Source: a virus. From it: DNA of 37,382 nt. The DNA is taken from the IMG/VR virus record IMGVR_UViG_3300022670_000083, positions 1 to 37,382 of that record; one strand, written 5' to 3'. The position numbers and the translations under genes are program-made. The notes below the pieces were generated by a model that saw only the letters and a program-made list of their open reading frames with translations, ran no database searches and was not told where the DNA came from. Of the stretch, positions 34,215 to 37,382 are shown in pieces (the stretch's first letter is position 1; each line of letters starts with the position of its first letter).

Positions 34215-34427
34215 TTACTCTCCTACTATTTTATTAAATTTAATAGCCCAGTTATATAAATCATTTACTCTATCTACATCACGTTGAATAACACCCCTGC
34301 ATAGTCCGTGCTTGGATTCTGCTGGTGTTGCTGTTAATCCGTTAAAGATTACATCGGCAACAGCGTCAAGGCGCTCTGGTTTGATATTAAGCTTTGCAGC
34401 TATGTAGTTAAATTGTGTTTTGTTCAT
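34215..34427 (-). CDS. Hypothetical protein (70 aa)
   Basis: Track ORF 34215..34484 trimmed to the ATG at 34427 (MNKTQFNY...), downstream of the previous stop at 34441. Confidence 0.45.
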   Translation of the reverse strand: MNKTQFNYIAAKLNIKPERLDAVADVIFNGLTATPAESKHGLCRGVIQRDVDRVNDLYNWAIKFNKIVGE

Positions 34428-34440
34428 TTCGTTATTCTCT

Positions 34441-34830
34441 TTAATTATATTTAATTTCGTTAACAGCTCTATCTTCAAAATCATTGAATGCCATATGCTG
34501 CTCTAAATCTTTAAATATATACTTGATTTCGGTGTTTGTAGGCTGGTTGTGTGGATACCTTGACATATTTGCAATATGCATAGCCCGAACTAAGCATTCC
34601 TCACCGTTAATATCTAGTGATTCGATGCGTATGTATTGCACCTTATTAAACCTGTCCACTTCACGCACTAGCCCAATTTCAGTATATTGATCTTTATCCA
34701 TAATTAACCATGCATTAAGTAATTTATTGTGGTGCTCTAGCCTTTCTAATCGCTCTAATACGCTAGGCATCAACTCGCTATTTTTTTTAAGCTCTCTGTG
34801 CCTTATTTGGCTTTTAGTTAACTTAGTCAT
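34441..34830 (-). CDS. Hypothetical protein (129 aa)
   Basis: Track ORF trimmed to the ATG at 34830, which forms ATGACTAA with the upstream stop. Confidence 0.45.
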   Translation of the reverse strand: MTKLTKSQIRHRELKKNSELMPSVLERLERLEHHNKLLNAWLIMDKDQYTEIGLVREVDRFNKVQYIRIESLDINGEECLVRAMHIANMSRYPHNQPTNTEIKYIFKDLEQHMAFNDFEDRAVNEIKYN

Positions 34831-35158
34831 TGTAATAATCACTCGTTGAATCAAGTTCAGGGAATTGCTCACAACAACAAGCAAACAGCACAAACATTCT
34901 TTTTTCATAACCATCGTGTAGATAATCTTCAGGCATAACCTCCTGTCCGTGATCTTTAACTAATCGCTTAATTATCTCCAACATAGAACTGCGCCTTAAC
35001 TCTTTTAAGTCTCCAAGGTTTTTGTATTCGTTATCCTCATACTTCATAAGCAAAAATATTTCTTCTACTGTAAAGCTTATTTCAAACCTAAGCTTTATAC
35101 ATAAATCACCGTTTGATTTTCTTTTATAAATTTTCATAATTAATAATCCAAGTTGCAA
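34823..35158 (-). CDS. Hypothetical protein (111 aa)
   Basis: ORF in the early operon. No motif recognised. Confidence 0.45.
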   Translation of the reverse strand: MQLGLLIMKIYKRKSNGDLCIKLRFEISFTVEEIFLLMKYEDNEYKNLGDLKELRRSSMLEIIKRLVKDHGQEVMPEDYLHDGYEKRMFVLFACCCEQFPELDSTSDYYND

Positions 35159-35322
35159 TCGTTAGCCACAAACTTTCTCAAGTCATTTAATACGTCAGCA
35201 GTTGTAAATACTAATCCGTAGCGGTGGTTATCCATAAATAAGCTTCTGTATACTGGTCTTATGTTTCTGCCTGTACGGCTTTCGCATACTATCGTTTTTA
35301 TGTTTTTGTCTTGAATTCTCAT
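35140..35322 (-). CDS. Hypothetical protein (60 aa)
   Basis: First ORF after the promoter at 35355..35383. Confidence 0.4.
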   Translation of the reverse strand: MRIQDKNIKTIVCESRTGRNIRPVYRSLFMDNHRYGLVFTTADVLNDLRKFVANDCNLDY

Positions 35323-35354
35323 TTGATTTATTCCGTTGCGTTGTTGATAAGTTA

Positions 35355-35383
35355 ACTATAGACGTAAACTATTACAGTGTCAA
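35355..35383 (-). promoter_or_regulatory. sigma70-type promoter (TTGACA-N17-TATAGT) flanked by ACTGTAAT repeats
   Basis: Minus strand: TTGACA (35383..35378), 17-nt spacer, TATAGT (35360..35355). The octamer ACTGTAAT occurs immediately before and after the -35 box. Confidence 0.55.
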
Positions 35384-35420
35384 GTAAATGATTACAGTTT
35401 ATTTATACTTTATTCCAGAT

Positions 35421-35445
35421 AAAAGAAAACCGAAATTAATCGGCT
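35421..35445 (-). terminator. Weak intrinsic terminator candidate
   Basis: Minus strand reads agccga-uuaauu-ucgguu (one G-U) followed by uucuuuu, 18 nt after the stop at 35463. Confidence 0.35.
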
Positions 35446-35462
35446 TGGTGGTGGTTGTTTAT

Positions 35463-35648
35463 TTATATCCATATCAATGTGAGCGAGGATATTATTAGTA
35501 TAACTAGACTAACAAGTAATATAACAACCGATATTACTTTTTCCGTATCTCCTGTTATGTAATTATTCGCTCTAAAGTTTATGTAACCTAAAGTAAGTAT
35601 GAACACTAAAAGGCTTGTTAAAAATACATTATCCACTAATTCAATCAT
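35463..35648 (-). CDS. Small two-pass membrane protein (61 aa)
   Basis: Hydrophobic segments VFLTSLLVFILTLGYI and VISVVILLVSLVILIISSLTLIW. Confidence 0.5.
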   Translation of the reverse strand: MIELVDNVFLTSLLVFILTLGYINFRANNYITGDTEKVISVVILLVSLVILIISSLTLIWI

Positions 35649-35851
35649 TTCTCTAACTCCAAACTGTTAATCATATCTAGTAATTCATGCTCGCAAGAGT
35701 GATTGCTGTTGATGAATTTATCTCTTAGCTTGTTTAGTAGTGCTATGTTACTTCGTTTTATTGTTTGAGATACTGTGAGCCCGTTTCTATAGTTGGCGAT
35801 TACTGATTTCAACCCGCTTATTTCTTTTAGTGCTTCTGATTCCATACACAT
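35645..35851 (-). CDS. Hypothetical protein (68 aa)
   Basis: The track ORF begins at a GTG (35860). The first ATG at 35851 lies 2 nt after the upstream stop. Confidence 0.4.
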   Translation of the reverse strand: MCMESEALKEISGLKSVIANYRNGLTVSQTIKRSNIALLNKLRDKFINSNHSCEHELLDMINSLELEK

Positions 35852-35853
35852 AA

Positions 35854-36009
35854 TTAACACTCCAGCGTATTAAGGTCATTAGATTTCTTAAGGTCTAAAA
35901 TATCCTCTATTCTGCTTCTTGCCAGGTACTTATTGTGTAGCTCGGTTTCGATAGCTGTATCTCTTACTGCTTTAGCGTTGTCTATAACTGCTTGTTGTTC
36001 TTTAGTCAT
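35854..36009 (-). CDS. Hypothetical protein (51 aa)
   Basis: Track ORF 35854..36081 trimmed to the ATG at 36009 (MTKEQQ..., AGGGG upstream). The longer version would overlap the 36020..36172 membrane ORF. Confidence 0.4.
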   Translation of the reverse strand: MTKEQQAVIDNAKAVRDTAIETELHNKYLARSRIEDILDLKKSNDLNTLEC

Positions 36010-36019
36010 GTTATTACCC

Positions 36020-36172
36020 CTAAGTAAACCAGATATAAAAGCCGTGAAATACTGCAACTGGAAACATAATAGCGCCAGCAATTAAGAAGCCCCATGTAGC
36101 AGCAGCGAAACAAGTTATTACATGAGTTAGCCATGCTGCGAACAGTATTAGAAATATAATTAGTTGTGTCAT
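36020..36172 (-). CDS. Small two-pass membrane protein (50 aa, below the track cutoff)
   Basis: AAGGATAAG lies upstream of the ATG at 36172. Reads MTQLIIFLILFAAWLTHVITCFAAATWGFLIAGAIMFPVAVFHGFYIWFT. Confidence 0.4.
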   Translation of the reverse strand: MTQLIIFLILFAAWLTHVITCFAAATWGFLIAGAIMFPVAVFHGFYIWFT

Positions 36173-36176
36173 TGTC

Positions 36177-36272
36177 TTATCCTTGATTGCTAAGTGTGAT
36201 TAAAAATAATATATAACCCATGAATGCCCAAGCTATATAGCAAGCTGGTAATATGTATTTAGTTAGGTTCAT
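36177..36272 (-). CDS. Tiny single-pass membrane protein (31 aa, below the track cutoff)
   Basis: The ATG overlaps the upstream TGA (ATGA). Reads MNLTKYILPACYIAWAFMGYILFLITLSNQG. Confidence 0.35.
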   Translation of the reverse strand: MNLTKYILPACYIAWAFMGYILFLITLSNQG

Positions 36273-36592
36273 TGTTCGCCCCTTGCTTTAGCTAATAAAA
36301 CTTGAGCATTGTGACAGCTTTCTTTATCCCAATGATCGGCAGGTGTTATATTGTCGGTGTGGTGCATGTCTCGCATAGCGTTTATTTCATCAATCGCCAT
36401 ATTTAACTCACTTGTTAATAATTCAATCATTTTATACATACAAGGAGCGACACCTATTAAGTGTGCGTCATGCTTATCGTAAGTGTCAGCTATACAGCCA
36501 CCACTAACTGCGTTTATATTAAAGTGTTCACTCTCTGTTATAGGTAAGTCGCATTGCTCAACCAACCATTCACCTTTAGTAAATTTAGTCAT
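36269..36592 (-). CDS. Hypothetical phage protein (107 aa)
   Basis: MTKFTKGEW...AHLIGVAPCMYKMIELL resembles a widespread phage family of unknown function. Confidence 0.5.
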   Translation of the reverse strand: MTKFTKGEWLVEQCDLPITESEHFNINAVSGGCIADTYDKHDAHLIGVAPCMYKMIELLTSELNMAIDEINAMRDMHHTDNITPADHWDKESCHNAQVLLAKARGEQ

Positions 36593-37050
36593 TATTCTTC
36601 TCCTGATTTATATATTTCAATCATAGATTTATTTGCTGCAACCTCTATATCTACCATTAATTTATTGAGGTCACTTGTGGATATATAAATAGAACCTCTT
36701 CTAGAAAAAGAAATAGGAAGCTCTCTTATTATTTTTTTTATTTTAACGTCAGCCACATCAAAGGCTTGGTTTATTAATATAAAATCTTTATTTGCTGGTA
36801 TGTTTAAATTTAGTTTTGGATTAAATTTTACTATGTCTGTAGCCTCTGTATTTGACATTTCAGGGCCAGACTCTAACCTTTTAAACTCAACTGAACAAAA
36901 ATCTTTATCGCTACATATATGAGCGTAAACTCTTCTTGATGGATAGTAAGAGCTACCTATGTACACAATCTCATTTTCACTATTGATTAAATGATAAACA
37001 CAATAGAAGTTTTTACCGCTAAACTCTTTTACAAAGGATTTTGGTCCCAT
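36592..37050 (-). CDS. GIY-YIG-like domain protein
   Basis: The N-terminus FYCVYHLINSENEIVYIGSSYYPSRRVYAH fits the GIY...YIG...R spacing. Second gene of the early operon. Confidence 0.45.
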   Translation of the reverse strand: MGPKSFVKEFSGKNFYCVYHLINSENEIVYIGSSYYPSRRVYAHICSDKDFCSVEFKRLESGPEMSNTEATDIVKFNPKLNLNIPANKDFILINQAFDVADVKIKKIIRELPISFSRRGSIYISTSDLNKLMVDIEVAANKSMIEIYKSGEE

Positions 37051-37265
37051 TACTTTTCTCCTTTACTTACAAATTCAATTGGTACACATAAAAAATTAAT
37101 AGTTTTCACAAGGTCCATTAAACGTACACTCTTATCGCTTGCTAGTAATCTAAGCGTTATGCCGTAACTAACCCCTGTAGCTTCACTAAGCTCCTTAGCT
37201 CCGCCTATATTCTTATCAACCATCGCCTTCTTTAGTTCTTTTCCGTATTCCATTTTATACCCCAT
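37050..37265 (-). CDS. Cro/XRE-type helix-turn-helix regulator
   Basis: AKELSEATGVSYGITLRLLA is a classic HTH. First gene leftward of the divergent promoters. An alternative start at 37253 (MEYGK) has GGGG upstream. Confidence 0.7.
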   Translation of the reverse strand: MGYKMEYGKELKKAMVDKNIGGAKELSEATGVSYGITLRLLASDKSVRLMDLVKTINFLCVPIEFVSKGEK

Positions 37266-37382
37266 ATTATTGTTAAACTGTTCAACTGAGTACTACTATA
37301 ATAATTTTTAGCACAGAATGCAAATAATACTTGCAATCAATTTAGATAAGGTCTAGTATTTAAATCAATCCGGTGACTAGGG
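37239..37382. repeat. Terminal direct repeat, right copy (identical to 1..144)
   Basis: Exact 144-nt match to the window start. It contains the first 9 codons of the Cro-like gene and both divergent promoters. Confidence 0.95.
37295..37323 (-). promoter_or_regulatory. Leftward sigma70-type promoter (TTGCAT-N17-TATAGT) for the Cro-like early operon
   Basis: On the minus strand: TTGCAT (37323..37318), 17-nt spacer, TATAGT (37300..37295), about 30 nt upstream of the ATG at 37265. The same sequence is at 57..85. Confidence 0.5.

Overview
The window is a complete tailed-phage genome. Bases 1..144 repeat exactly at 37239..37382, so the unique sequence is 37238 bp (closed circular assembly or short terminal redundancy). 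It is AT-rich and tightly packed, with many ATGA/TAATG start-stop overlaps. A divergent promoter/operator region (28..208, duplicated in part at 37266..37382) fires in two directions. Rightward is a recombination/accessory operon (209..4015): Sak/Rad52-like annealase, DUF1351-like protein, SSB, a small membrane protein plus a DUF5675-like protein, and unknowns. Leftward is one long minus-strand programme. In transcription order it holds a Cro-like HTH, a GIY-YIG-like gene, many tiny membrane/unknown early genes, a Lar-like gene, a 540-bp ORF-free structured region followed by a T5orf172 nuclease-family gene, and replication genes (RHH initiator-like, G39P-like loader). Next comes a lambda-like nin region (YopX, two DeoR-like wHTH paralogs, NinB-like, DUF551, NinG/Rap), membrane (lysis?) genes and a fibre/beta-helix module. 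Last is a P22-type morphogenesis block: TerS, TerL, portal, a three-ORF moron, scaffold, coat, gp4-like, gp10-like, tail proteins, a cupin-like gene, three ejection-type proteins and a tailspike with a deacetylase-like domain. I saw no integrase, CI-type repressor, tRNA, CRISPR array, reverse transcriptase or DNA polymerase. The best candidates for something undescribed are two. (1) The promoter-driven ~500-nt structured RNA locus coupled to the T5orf172 gene (33173..33712 plus 32471..33172). (2) The self-contained promoter/three-ORF/terminator cassette with a Phd/YefM-like ORF between the portal and scaffold genes (16984..17750). All family assignments come from motif recognition by eye and need HMM or structure searches.
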